Shown here piece by piece: positions 9,805 through 18,427 of a stretch of 64,000 nucleotides of DNA. Every line of letters begins with the position of its first letter. Positions within the stretch are counted from its first letter, which is position 1. Both the position numbers and the translations under genes were made by a program. A model generated the notes under the pieces. The model did not search any database. It worked only from the letters and a program-made list of their open reading frames with translations, and was not told where the DNA came from. Source of the DNA: Minisyncoccia bacterium (GTDB lineage Bacteria; Patescibacteriota; Minisyncoccia; Phycocordibacterales; UBA9973); assembly GCA_965656375.1 (NCBI GenBank), contig CBFHKH010000001.1, forward strand, positions 772,291-836,290. Reading direction: 5' to 3'.

Positions 9805-12462
9805 ATGAAGAATAAAATCATACTAAGGATTTTGCTAGTAAGTATACTAAGTTTCTTATCAAACGATGTTTTTGCGGCTACAAACGTGTATTCTCAAGAG
9901 AATGATGATTCCGGTGTTATTACTCTCATTCCATTGAATACTGGCGCTGTGCTCGGTACTCCGATAGGATCTTTTACTCCATCTTCTGATATTGTAGTCG
10001 CACCCAATAAACCAATTTCTTTAACGGTTACATATAAAGGCGATCCAGGCGATACCAATGCAGATTTTTTTATTTGCATTTCTGATGTGTATGAGCCTGC
10101 GGGTCCCCTCACTCATATAACTAATTGTGGTTTTACTCATACCATTTCAGATATCTTTGAGACTCGAACTCTCTCTGCTTCTAGTTCATACACCTATAGG
10201 GCAGGTACGACATACTACGTCGAGATGGCACGCGACTGCTTCTATGGTTGTGGAACGTATTATCTTAAATCTGATGTTACTTTGTCTTCTTTTTATGGAC
10301 GAATAGATACGGTTGATCCTATTCCAGAATGCTGTTCCAGTGTTCTCTTTCTACCGGGAATTAAAGGTAGCATACTTCAATCCGGTCCTGATACGTTATG
10401 GCCTCCGACTGTGCTTAGTAATGACATACCACAGCTTGCACTGACGAACAGTGGAACAAGTATAAATGATGTTCATACTAATGGCATCTTAAATACATTC
10501 CACGGTACTCCTATATACGCGCCATTCTCGAGTTTTATGGATAGCCTTGTTGCCGATCAAACGATAACGGAGTGGCAGCCGATGGCATATGATTGGAGAC
10601 TTCCTCCTGAAGATTTGATTGCAAACGGTATAAAAACTGCTACAGGAACTAAAAATATTGTTGAGGAAATAGAAAAGCTCGCAGATCATTCAAAAAACGG
10701 AAAAGTATCGATAGTTGCACATTCTATGGGAGGCCTTATGGGAAAGGCAATTATCAAAAAGCTAGCAGAGGAAGGCAAAGATAGGATCATTGATTCTTTT
10801 GTCATGGTCGGTAGTCCGCAGCTTGGTACTCCACAGGCAATAGGAGGGATGCTCCATGGAGATCAGGAAGGAATTATACCTTTACTCATTGCGAATCCGG
10901 CGGACATGCGAGCAATAGCTCAAAATATGCCAAGTGCATATAATCTACTCCCGTCTTCTCGGTATTTTTCCGAGGTACCAGATCCTGTTATTACATTTGA
11001 TCCGGAAGCTACTTTTACGGAAGCATGGCGTAATTTCTGGGGATCAGTTATCAATACATATCCCGCATTCTCTTCTTTCGTGATGGGGACGGGTGTAGAA
11101 CGCATTAAGCCGGCACAGAATATTCTCCAAATTCCTGAAGTACTAAATCCAGGGCTACTAGCACGAGCTACTGATTTTCATACTTCATATGATACCTATC
11201 AATTCCCGTCGCATATCCGCGTGGTTCAAGTAGCCGGATGGGGTATATCAACGATCAAGGCTATTGAATATAGAAATAATCATGGAGTTCCAGGATACAA
11301 GGTCAATTTTACTATTGAAGGTGACAAGACCGTAGTATATCCAAGTGCAGTTTCATCTATAGCAGATGAAACATACTTTTTTAATCTATTTAATTTTAAT
11401 AAACTTTTGAATTCAAATACTCAACATCGAGACTTATTAAATTCAAATCCAATTCAGAATCTTGTTAAGTCGATTGTTAAGAATGAAAGTATTCAGATGA
11501 CTGATATTATTTCTAATGCGAAACCAACCACAGTTAATCGTGAAGACCAATTACTAGTGAGTACCTATTCTCCAGTTGTTCTTGGTGCATATGATCAGTT
11601 TGGAAATTTTACTGGTATCGATCCTAACCAAAATCTTTCCCTCGATATGCTTTCGATCAAGGAAGATATTCCGGGAAGTACGTTCCTCTATACAACTGAT
11701 AGCCAGCATATATTCCTCCCAAAGGAAGGGACCTATACTTTTATCTACAAAGGAATCGACAGTGGCCCTACTACTGTCACTGTCGAGAACTTTCAGACAA
11801 ATGTTGCTACCCCTATAAATTCGTATACCGATATTCCTACTACACCAAATACTACTGCAAAGTTCACCATACAAGCTGTAGCTCCCGAAGATATGACGAT
11901 AGCCCTCGATACCAATAGTGATGGCACTCCTGATGAGGTAGTACGTTCAGACGGAAGTATCCCATCACTTACTGAACTTATCACCTGTATCAAAGGAAAA
12001 CTATCTACGCTTGTTGTGAAAGATAAGCTAAAGCAAAACCTCATCAAACAGATATCAGCTCTTGAAAAGAAAATTGAGAACAAAAAAGAGAAAAACGCAA
12101 AGATACTCGCAAATCTAGAGGTTAAGATATCCAAGCAGGAAATGAAAGGAAAGATTAACACTGCTGATGCCTCGAGTATCACGAGCCTGCTTGATACTCT
12201 GGAGGCACAAGCAGAGAGCATCATACTTGATCCTCTGGTACTTCTTGATTTGAAAGCAAAAATACAATCTCTTACCATAAAGAATAATATTAAAAATGAT
12301 ATGCTAAAGCGAGTAGATACTCTTACCAAGAAGCAGGTAATAGTCCAAACACTGCATAATTTATCAAATAACATCACAAAGAAAGCTGGAAATGGCAAGA
12401 TCACAGAAGGGGATGCGCAAGCACTTCTTGATCTCCTTACTCAAGTTGAAAGCGTGATATAA
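9805..12462 (+). CDS. Secreted alpha/beta-hydrolase (lipase/esterase, GHSMGG nucleophile elbow; PGAP1/LCAT-like) with long C-terminal coiled coil
   Basis: Start is taken at MKNKIILRIL... (signal peptide); the track ORF begins earlier at a TTG. Lipase nucleophile motif VAHSMGGLMG. The last ~170 aa are heptad-rich (LKQNLIKQISALEKKIENKKEKNAKILANLE...). Confidence 0.65.
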   Translation: MKNKIILRILLVSILSFLSNDVFAATNVYSQENDDSGVITLIPLNTGAVLGTPIGSFTPSSDIVVAPNKPISLTVTYKGDPGDTNADFFICISDVYEPAGPLTHITNCGFTHTISDIFETRTLSASSSYTYRAGTTYYVEMARDCFYGCGTYYLKSDVTLSSFYGRIDTVDPIPECCSSVLFLPGIKGSILQSGPDTLWPPTVLSNDIPQLALTNSGTSINDVHTNGILNTFHGTPIYAPFSSFMDSLVADQTITEWQPMAYDWRLPPEDLIANGIKTATGTKNIVEEIEKLADHSKNGKVSIVAHSMGGLMGKAIIKKLAEEGKDRIIDSFVMVGSPQLGTPQAIGGMLHGDQEGIIPLLIANPADMRAIAQNMPSAYNLLPSSRYFSEVPDPVITFDPEATFTEAWRNFWGSVINTYPAFSSFVMGTGVERIKPAQNILQIPEVLNPGLLARATDFHTSYDTYQFPSHIRVVQVAGWGISTIKAIEYRNNHGVPGYKVNFTIEGDKTVVYPSAVSSIADETYFFNLFNFNKLLNSNTQHRDLLNSNPIQNLVKSIVKNESIQMTDIISNAKPTTVNREDQLLVSTYSPVVLGAYDQFGNFTGIDPNQNLSLDMLSIKEDIPGSTFLYTTDSQHIFLPKEGTYTFIYKGIDSGPTTVTVENFQTNVATPINSYTDIPTTPNTTAKFTIQAVAPEDMTIALDTNSDGTPDEVVRSDGSIPSLTELITCIKGKLSTLVVKDKLKQNLIKQISALEKKIENKKEKNAKILANLEVKISKQEMKGKINTADASSITSLLDTLEAQAESIILDPLVLLDLKAKIQSLTIKNNIKNDMLKRVDTLTKKQVIVQTLHNLSNNITKKAGNGKITEGDAQALLDLLTQVESVI

Positions 12463-12472
12463 TATAAATATT

Positions 12473-12871
12473 ATGAATCCAAAAAAAATATTAACCTCTT
12501 TTTTAATAATCTCTTTATTAGGAATATTAACTTCTTATTTAATTTTACATTCTAATCTAAATGCTGGTGTTACTGGCGAAATTTTAGTAAGACTCGGAAA
12601 AAGTTTATTTTACGGTATGTCTGCTTTGTCATTTATATTCTTAATTTTACTCTTTATACCTCGGGCATTTCCTGCATGGAAGAAATTTGCAATTTGGTTT
12701 ATTCCGTTGATGACGCTTCTCTTTGTCTTTTATCCTGATCCCGGGTCAGGCGACTATTTCTCTCCATATCCTGAACATATATTCCGATGGGTGAGCATCA
12801 TATATGTTTTGATCAGCCTGCTTATCATTTTATCGAATATGATTCGGAGAAAGCAGGCCTATTCTAGATAG
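12473..12871 (+). CDS. Small integral membrane protein (hypothetical)
   Basis: 132 aa with 3-4 hydrophobic helices. Confidence 0.45.
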   Translation: MNPKKILTSFLIISLLGILTSYLILHSNLNAGVTGEILVRLGKSLFYGMSALSFIFLILLFIPRAFPAWKKFAIWFIPLMTLLFVFYPDPGSGDYFSPYPEHIFRWVSIIYVLISLLIILSNMIRRKQAYSR

Positions 12872-12900
12872 AAGGTACGTGTATCACTCCCAAATATAAA

Positions 12901-12929
12901 TTGACAGCGGGACACAAACCTGCTATGAT
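12901..12929 (+). promoter_or_regulatory. Sigma70-type promoter (TTGACA -17- TATGAT)
   Basis: Near-consensus -35 TTGACA (12901-06) and -10 TATGAT (12924-29) with a 17-nt spacer. Confidence 0.45.
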
Positions 12930-12988
12930 AGAAGCCAATTTGTTTTCATAAAAATGTTTTTTAAAAATTTAAACCCAATTAAATTAGT

Positions 12989-13177
12989 ATGGTAAAAGAG
13001 CTGATCAACAACGAGTATGTTGGGGAAGTGAAAACCCAACAAAACACAGTAGTAAACAATGCTTTTGATGAACCACTTTCTGAAAAAAAATCTGTGCCAA
13101 TTATCATGAATGGTAAACATCGTGGAAAAAGGTATGGTGAGGAATACCAGTGTGGTACATTAGAAAAATCGTTTTAA
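12989..13177 (+). CDS. Small hypothetical protein (62 aa)
   Basis: ATG ORF downstream of the consensus promoter. No recognisable motif. Confidence 0.3.
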   Translation: MVKELINNEYVGEVKTQQNTVVNNAFDEPLSEKKSVPIIMNGKHRGKRYGEEYQCGTLEKSF

Positions 13178-13419
13178 TAAATTTCATAACATATTAAAAT
13201 TTACTACTTTGCAAAAAGATTCAAACGAAGAGAAAGTTGAAATAGTTCAACAACCTCCTGCACATCAAAACTACGAAGAAATTCTTAAGACAGAAATTGA
13301 GCGACGTGATATCAAGAATAATCTTGGTGAGAAAGTAAAGACTTATGCCGATACAGGGTTTTTGTTTTAAAATAGTTTTTATGGGGTTAATTAAGAACCG
13401 GACCGAAGGTCCCACAGTA

Positions 13420-13452
13420 AAGGGGTTCGCATTTGCGAACGCCCTTTTTTTA
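13420..13452 (+). terminator. Rho-independent terminator
   Basis: GC-rich hairpin GGGGTTCGC-ATTT-GCGAACGCCC followed by T9. Confidence 0.6.
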
Positions 13453-13453
13453 T

Positions 13454-13598
13454 TTGACAAAACGTCGATATTTGATAGTATATCCCTGTAAGCCGTAGAC
13501 AGCAGGCATTCATAAGCCCTGCCGAGGTCAACTCAATTTTGAGGTGATTTAACGGCCGTAATAGGTCGATTTTTAATTTGTAGGTAAGGCTAGAATAT
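13454..13598 (+). promoter_or_regulatory. rplJL promoter (TTGACA, extended -10 TGaTAGTAT) plus structured L10 leader
   Basis: Consensus -35 at 13454-59 and TGnTAGTAT at 13473-81. A ~115-nt leader with hairpins (GCAGGC...GCCCTGC) precedes rplJ, the position of the L10(L12)4 autoregulatory leader in bacteria. Confidence 0.45.
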
Positions 13599-14090
13599 AT
13601 GGCATTAAAAAAAGAAAAAAAAGCAGAGATAGTATCTGACCTTGGCGCATCACTCAAAGATGCCCAGTCTATCGTCTTTGTAAAGTTCGACAAGCTTACT
13701 GTGGCTCATGTGAACGCGCTTCGTCGCTCACTCCAAAAGGAGAATGTAGGGTATAGCGTTGCCAAGAAGACGCTTTTGAAGCGAGCTCTTGGAACAAAAA
13801 CAGTCGAAGGAGAAATTCCTCCGCTTACTGGTCAGATCGCTGTTGCATACGGAACAGATCCGATCGCATCTGCTCGAGGCGTATACGAATTCGCAAAAAC
13901 TCACAAAGAAAATATTTCTATCGTGGGTGGTGTGTATGATGGCAAATATGTAGATGCAAGTATGATGACGTCGCTTGCGACAATTCCAAGTCGCGAAGTC
14001 CTTCTCTCGCAGATCGCATTCTTGCTCAAGAGTCCAATGCAGCGCCTTGCAATAGCCGTGAACGCAGTTGCAGGAACAAAGAGCGCATAA
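13599..14090 (+). CDS. rplJ: 50S ribosomal protein L10
   Basis: 163 aa. N-terminus MALKKEKKAEIVSDLGASLKDAQSIVFVKFDKLTVAHVNALRRSL is typical of L10. Immediately followed by L7/L12. Confidence 0.9.
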   Translation: MALKKEKKAEIVSDLGASLKDAQSIVFVKFDKLTVAHVNALRRSLQKENVGYSVAKKTLLKRALGTKTVEGEIPPLTGQIAVAYGTDPIASARGVYEFAKTHKENISIVGGVYDGKYVDASMMTSLATIPSREVLLSQIAFLLKSPMQRLAIAVNAVAGTKSA

Positions 14091-14117
14091 CAATTATTAG
14101 TTTAGTATTTATTATAT

Positions 14118-14492
14118 ATGGCAAAATTTGATTCATTTTTAACAGAACTCGAAAGCGCTTCAGTTCTTGAGCTCAATGAGCTTGTGAAGGCTATCGAAGA
14201 AAAATTCGGTGTCTCAGCTGCAGCAGTTGCAGTTGCAGGTCCTGCCGCAGGCGGCGCAGCTGATGCTGGTGCTGAAGCGAAGGATGCATTCACTGTTGAA
14301 CTTACAGCAGCAGGCGATCAGAAGATTCCTGTTATGAAAGTCGTCAAGGAAGTTCTCGCGCTTGGTTTGAAAGAAGCGAAAGATCTCGTAGACGGAGCTC
14401 CTTCAGTCCTCAAAGAGGGTATGAAGAAAGCAGATGCTGAAGACTTCAAAAAGAAGCTTGAAGAAGCTGGTGCTAAAGTAACTCTTAAATAG
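14118..14492 (+). CDS. rplL: 50S ribosomal protein L7/L12
   Basis: 124 aa with the N-terminal dimerisation helix, an Ala/Gly-rich hinge ([18 protein letters not shown]) and a C-terminal domain ([22 protein letters not shown]...[13 protein letters not shown]). Confidence 0.92.
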   Translation: MAKFDSFLTELESASVLELNELVKAIEEKFGVSAAAVAVAGPAAGGAADAGAEAKDAFTVELTAAGDQKIPVMKVVKEVLALGLKEAKDLVDGAPSVLKEGMKKADAEDFKKKLEEAGAKVTLK

Positions 14493-14600
14493 AGTTACTT
14501 TAGAGTCGGAACTCGCGAAGGCGAGTGAGACGGGGTCGCGGAAATTCTCAGCAGAGAATTATCTGTGACAAGGTTACTCTTAAGTAATATTTTCCCACAC

Positions 14601-14629
14601 AAAAAACACCTCGAGAGAGGTGTTTTTTG
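14601..14629. terminator. Bidirectional rho-independent terminator (perfect palindrome)
   Basis: AAAAAACACCTC-GAGA-GAGGTGTTTTTT. Its 3' half is the first 12 nt of leader copy 1. Confidence 0.7.
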
Positions 14630-14734
14630 CTGCATATAATCTGACAATATGTTGTTTGATTTGTAAAGGAGTTTGTGGTAGGGTAGGTCTAAATTAAACC
14701 AAATTAAAAACTTAAAACTCTACAGTTATGAAAC
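14618..14734 (+). repeat. 117-bp leader repeat, copy 1 (TATAAT, ~90-nt UTR, ATG, first codons) in front of the AICARFT gene
   Basis: 100% identical to 15816..15932 on visual alignment. Confidence 0.8.
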
Positions 14735-15777
14735 GTACTTTAGTAGGAACACAAGCAGTAATCCTTCGCTATGGTGAAAATGCTCCACAGCAACCTGCGT
14801 ATTTGATGGAATTAGATACGGATGATCCACTGGCTTTACATACCTTTAAGATTCATGCAGGTAACCCCAGTATGATAAATTTTACTGATGTAGATTGCGG
14901 CCTCTCTACCATGACTCGCTTTGTAGCTGCACTGCTCAATGGTACTGGTGGAAAGTCTCCTTTGATGGCCCTTGGGCTTAAACATGGGAATGCATGTGGT
15001 GCATCATTTGATCTGGTTGATAAATCAAAAGCGATTACAAAAATGTTGGGTGGTAATCTGAAATCAATTTTTGGAGGTACCGTTATAACAAACTTTTACA
15101 TTGATGTTAAAGAAGCAAACCTATTGCAATCATATGGTACAGAAAAACCCCGGCCGCTTGATGTAGTTGTAGCAAGCGGTATTAGTGATGATGCGATCAA
15201 AATACTGCAAAGAAAAAATGACCGCTGTTTGATCTTAACGAACAAGCATCTTGGGTTTCTGGATAAAAGCAGTGTTGATACCAGTGTTCAATTCAGAAAA
15301 GTGAGAGGTGGCTGGATACAGCAACCTGCCCCAACTTTTATTCTTGATTTATCATCAGATGATGTTGTGAAATATCATCCGTGCGCATTTAAAGGTGATG
15401 CAACAGAAAAATATGACAACGATACGCTTTTAGCGTGGTCAATCTGTGCAACAAGCAATAGCAACACCATAACTCTGGTGAGAGATGGAATGTTGATCGG
15501 CAACGGTGTAGGCCAGCAGGATCGTGTTGAAGCAGTTGAACTTGCTATCAAGCGGGCGACAGATGCAGGACATGATATACATGGTGCCGTAGCAGCAAGC
15601 GATAGTTTCTTTCCATTTCCTGATGCTCCTACAGAATTGATTGCTGCAGGTGTACGTAGGATTTTTGCAACCTCAGGTTCGGTAAATGATAAAGCTATCA
15701 TTGAACTTTTTATTGATGAAGATTGTGAACTTATTCATATTCCGGATTCTATCGGGCGTGGATTTGCAAAGCACTAA
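14728..15777 (+). CDS. purH: AICAR transformylase, stand-alone AICARFT domain of PurH (no IMP-cyclohydrolase/MGS domain)
   Basis: Matches the E. coli PurH C-terminal half: LRYGENAPQQPAY vs MRYGENSHQQAAFY, LKHGNACGAS vs VKHANPCGVA, and the C-terminal ASDSFFPFPD...SGSVND vs ASDAFFPFRD...GGSIRD. At 349 aa it starts directly in the AICARFT domain. Confidence 0.85.
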   Translation: MKRTLVGTQAVILRYGENAPQQPAYLMELDTDDPLALHTFKIHAGNPSMINFTDVDCGLSTMTRFVAALLNGTGGKSPLMALGLKHGNACGASFDLVDKSKAITKMLGGNLKSIFGGTVITNFYIDVKEANLLQSYGTEKPRPLDVVVASGISDDAIKILQRKNDRCLILTNKHLGFLDKSSVDTSVQFRKVRGGWIQQPAPTFILDLSSDDVVKYHPCAFKGDATEKYDNDTLLAWSICATSNSNTITLVRDGMLIGNGVGQQDRVEAVELAIKRATDAGHDIHGAVAASDSFFPFPDAPTELIAAGVRRIFATSGSVNDKAIIELFIDEDCELIHIPDSIGRGFAKH

Positions 15778-15815
15778 ATGTACTTTATTTTTTTTAAAAG
15801 CATCTCTTTAATAGG

Positions 15816-15932
15816 AGGTGTTTTTTGCTGCATATAATCTGACAATATGTTGTTTGATTTGTAAAGGAGTTTGTGGTAGGGTAGGTCTAAATTAAACCAA
15901 ATTAAAAACTTAAAACTCTACAGTTATGAAAC
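15816..15932 (+). repeat. 117-bp leader repeat, copy 2, in front of the putative purO
   Basis: Identical to copy 1 through the ATG and 'AAAC'. Confidence 0.8.
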
Positions 15933-16660
15933 AATTTGAACGTGGAAGTGCTGATGAAAATTTAGCAGCACTTGCGAAGAATACTTATCCTGGAAGAATT
16001 ATTATGGTAGGCAGGGATAAAAGTAGTGATAACCTTGTCCAAGCGTATGCTATTATGGGCCGCAGTGCAAATAGCAGGAACCGTCTTTTTGTAAAAGATG
16101 AATTTGGGTTCATTAGTACTACACCTGCAGATGCAACCAAGGTAGAAGACCCAAGTCTAATCATCTATAAAGCAATGGTTCACCGTGATTCAATCCATGT
16201 AGTAAGTAACGGCCATCAAACAGAAGACGCAGCTAAGGCAACTCTACTTCAGGCAGGATTAAGCGGATGGACATATGAACCTGATTTTCCCAACAATACC
16301 CCCCGTATCACGGCATCATTTGACCTTGGCCGTGACTATCCTTTGTTTGCCAGTATGGCCATTTTAAAAAAGTCTCCGTTTTCGGAGGTGTGCGACAAGC
16401 ATTTCTACGAATTAGATGTTTCAAAGCAGGGTATTGGTTATTGTTTCCATACGTACGAAAATGATGGAAACCCGCTCCCTTCATTTTCCGGGGATCCGTA
16501 TTTAGTACCACTTTCTGGTGATAACAGTAAAGCTGTTGCGGAAAATATCTGGAGTTATCTGAATGAAGAAAACCGGATATCACTGGTAGTAAAGTTTATA
16601 AACTTCATGTCAGGCGGTGTTTCAACTCACATCATTAATAAGTATGAAGTTGTTGTATAA
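15926..16660 (+). CDS. purO: Putative archaeal-type IMP cyclohydrolase PurO (NTN-hydrolase fold)
   Basis: 244 aa. N-terminal GRIIMVGRDKSSDNLVQAYAIMGRSANSRNR and later VVSNGHQTEDAA resemble, from memory, the archaeal PurO pattern (GRxxxVGR...A(Y/F)...S(R/N)S...NR ... V(V/S)NGxxT). Adjacent to the AICARFT gene and sharing its leader. Confidence 0.6.
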   Translation: MKQFERGSADENLAALAKNTYPGRIIMVGRDKSSDNLVQAYAIMGRSANSRNRLFVKDEFGFISTTPADATKVEDPSLIIYKAMVHRDSIHVVSNGHQTEDAAKATLLQAGLSGWTYEPDFPNNTPRITASFDLGRDYPLFASMAILKKSPFSEVCDKHFYELDVSKQGIGYCFHTYENDGNPLPSFSGDPYLVPLSGDNSKAVAENIWSYLNEENRISLVVKFINFMSGGVSTHIINKYEVVV

Positions 16661-16679
16661 TATACATCATTCCATTTTT

Positions 16680-16705
16680 AAAAGCTCTCTTTTGGGAGCT
16701 TTTTC
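16680..16705 (+). terminator. Rho-independent terminator after purO
   Basis: AAAAGCTCTC-TTTT-GGGAGCTTTTT. Confidence 0.5.
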
Positions 16706-16772
16706 TATGCCTACTGATCTTGGTGTGAGGGGTTGATAGGGCGCGGGACTTGGCGTATACTAGACCCTATAT

Positions 16773-17390
16773 ATGGAAACACTAGCAAAGCTATTTGGCG
16801 GTCAGGCCCGAGTTAGAATCATGCGTCTTTTCCTTTTGAACAGCATGACGACGTTCGATATTGATGATATTACTAGTCGTAGTCGTGTGACGAAAGTAAA
16901 TGCACGTAAGGAAGTGAATGCGCTCTCTGCGATGGGATTCATAAAGCCAAAGACTCTCGTACGCGAAGGTTCTCGCGGCGGCAAGAAAAAGGTTTCTGGA
17001 TGGCAGCTTGATCCATCTTTCCAATATCTCGAAGCGATCCGCAATCTTCTCATCGATCCGAACTTGCTCCTTCAAGACGACCTCGCGTCACGCTTCAAGC
17101 CAATCGGCAAGATCAAGCTTATGATCGTATCAGGCGTATTTATCGGTGATTCGGAAAGCCGTGTCGATGTGCTGCTCGTAGGGGACAAGCTCAAGAAGAA
17201 TGTCCTTCAGCAGGTGATCAAGGGTCTCGAAGCTGAAATCGGCAAGGAACTCGACTATGTAGTCTTTGATTCTGAGGAATTCAGATACCGTATGGATATG
17301 TATGACAAGCTCGTATGCGACGTCATAGATCTGCCCCATGAGAAGCTCATAGACAACGGACAGTTATCCACATACATCTCTAAGAAATAG
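16773..17390 (+). CDS. Hypothetical protein (possible winged-helix N-terminus)
   Basis: 205 aa with extended -10 TGgcGTATACT upstream. No catalytic motif recognised. Confidence 0.45.
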   Translation: METLAKLFGGQARVRIMRLFLLNSMTTFDIDDITSRSRVTKVNARKEVNALSAMGFIKPKTLVREGSRGGKKKVSGWQLDPSFQYLEAIRNLLIDPNLLLQDDLASRFKPIGKIKLMIVSGVFIGDSESRVDVLLVGDKLKKNVLQQVIKGLEAEIGKELDYVVFDSEEFRYRMDMYDKLVCDVIDLPHEKLIDNGQLSTYISKK

Positions 17391-17496
17391 CCTCCACAGG
17401 CTATTTTTTGATATACTATATATAGTACTTGAAAAAAGGTCGAAGCTTTGTAAGGTACATTAATTATTAGTATTTTTTTTACAAACATATCTATTT

Positions 17497-18189
17497 ATGA
17501 TGTTTATACAAACATGGGGAGGAGTGTTCAGTGAATCTTTGATGGGCCTTTGGGCAGGATTCATCAGCTTCGTACCTAGTCTCTTGGGTGCGATCATCCT
17601 CTTTATCATCGGATGGGTTGTCGGCGGAGTTATCGGTAAAGCAGTTACTCAGGTTCTTGACGCGATAAAGCTCAATAAGCTTTTCGAAAGTGCAGGAGCG
17701 AGTGACCTCATGAATCGCGCGGGCATGAAACTCAATGTCGGTGGATTTATCGGCGGTCTCGTGAAGTGGTTTATTATCATCGTGTTCCTCATGGCGTCTC
17801 TTGAGATCATGGGTCTTACACAGGTGAATGACTTCCTTCGTGAAGCAGTACTCTTCTACTTGCCGAAAGTTATCATCGCAGTGCTCGTACTTGTTATCGC
17901 TACTGTCATCTCTGACACTATGCGCAAACTCGTACAGGCAAGTGCGCAGGCAGCGAACGTACGCTCTGCAAAAATGCTTGGCTCAATCGTGAAGTACTCA
18001 ATCTGGACATTTGCATTCATCATCGCTCTCTCTGAGCTTGGTATTGCATCTGCATTCATGCAGATCCTCTTCACTGGTCTCGTCGCAGCTCTTGCGATTG
18101 CCTTTGGACTCGCATTCGGACTTGGTGGCAAGGAAGCAGCATCTCGTGCTGTTGAACGTGTCTCACAAGACATGTCTACAAAGATGTAA
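17497..18189 (+). CDS. Integral membrane protein with conserved TM-helix repeats (MscS N-terminal-like)
   Basis: 230 aa with repeated amphipathic/TM segments and lysine-rich linkers, resembling TM_helix (PF05552)-type proteins. Confidence 0.5.
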   Translation: MMFIQTWGGVFSESLMGLWAGFISFVPSLLGAIILFIIGWVVGGVIGKAVTQVLDAIKLNKLFESAGASDLMNRAGMKLNVGGFIGGLVKWFIIIVFLMASLEIMGLTQVNDFLREAVLFYLPKVIIAVLVLVIATVISDTMRKLVQASAQAANVRSAKMLGSIVKYSIWTFAFIIALSELGIASAFMQILFTGLVAALAIAFGLAFGLGGKEAASRAVERVSQDMSTKM

Positions 18190-18194
18190 TAGTA

Positions 18195-18295
18195 GCAACT
18201 GGCAATTAGCCATTAGCTTCTAGCAAAAAAGAGCCTTAATTAAGGCTCTTTTTTGTGCATGGCTAAGAGCTAAAAGCTATATGCGAATGGCTATC
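18195..18295. repeat. Palindromic 'GCAACT-R-GCAATTAGCC' element, copy A (intergenic; its central hairpin is the terminator)
   Basis: Left arm GCAACTGGCAATTAGCCATTAGCTTCTAGCAAA, central hairpin 18225-18254, right arm TGGCTAAGAGCTAAAAGCTAT...GGCTATC. The arms are mutually complementary and similar to copies B and C. Confidence 0.55.
18225..18254. terminator. Rho-independent terminator (AAAAAAGAGCCTTAATTAAGGCTCTTTTTT)
   Basis: Perfect 11-bp stem with A and T flanks, 35 nt after the membrane protein stop. Confidence 0.7.
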
Positions 18296-18303
18296 TAAAA
18301 TGC

Positions 18304-18332
18304 TTGACTTCTCTGGGGCGTTAGTATAGAAT
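18304..18332 (+). promoter_or_regulatory. Candidate rRNA promoter (TTGACT -17- TAGAAT)
   Basis: -35 TTGACT at 18304-09 and -10 TAGAAT/TATAGA around 18325-32, about 310 nt upstream of the 23S 5' end. Confidence 0.4.
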
Positions 18333-18402
18333 ACACCCACGATGTTAATGAATAAAAATCATCCAAATCTGCGGAGAAGCTAAACCTCTACTGGTTTTCC
18401 TT

Positions 18403-18427
18403 TGACCGCTTGAAGCGGTTTTTTTGT
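18403..18427 (+). terminator. Terminator-like hairpin + U-tract in the rRNA leader (attenuator or small transcript end)
   Basis: GACCGCTTGAAGCGGTTTTTTTG, about 95 nt downstream of the candidate promoter. Confidence 0.35.

Noticed and set aside
13209-13370. TTG-initiated 54-codon frame downstream of the 62-aa ORF
   Set aside because: No ATG, no ribosome-binding site and no homology were recognised. It is more likely untranslated RNA between the small ORF and the terminator.
14618-14734. ZTP (pfl) riboswitch in the duplicated leader upstream of purH/purO
   Set aside because: ZTP would be an attractive candidate, since it regulates purH and folD in many bacteria. But the leader lacks the GC-rich conserved pfl elements (the UGGCG / CCGCCUGGGCA-type blocks). 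It is kept only as an unclassified conserved leader and needs a covariance-model scan.
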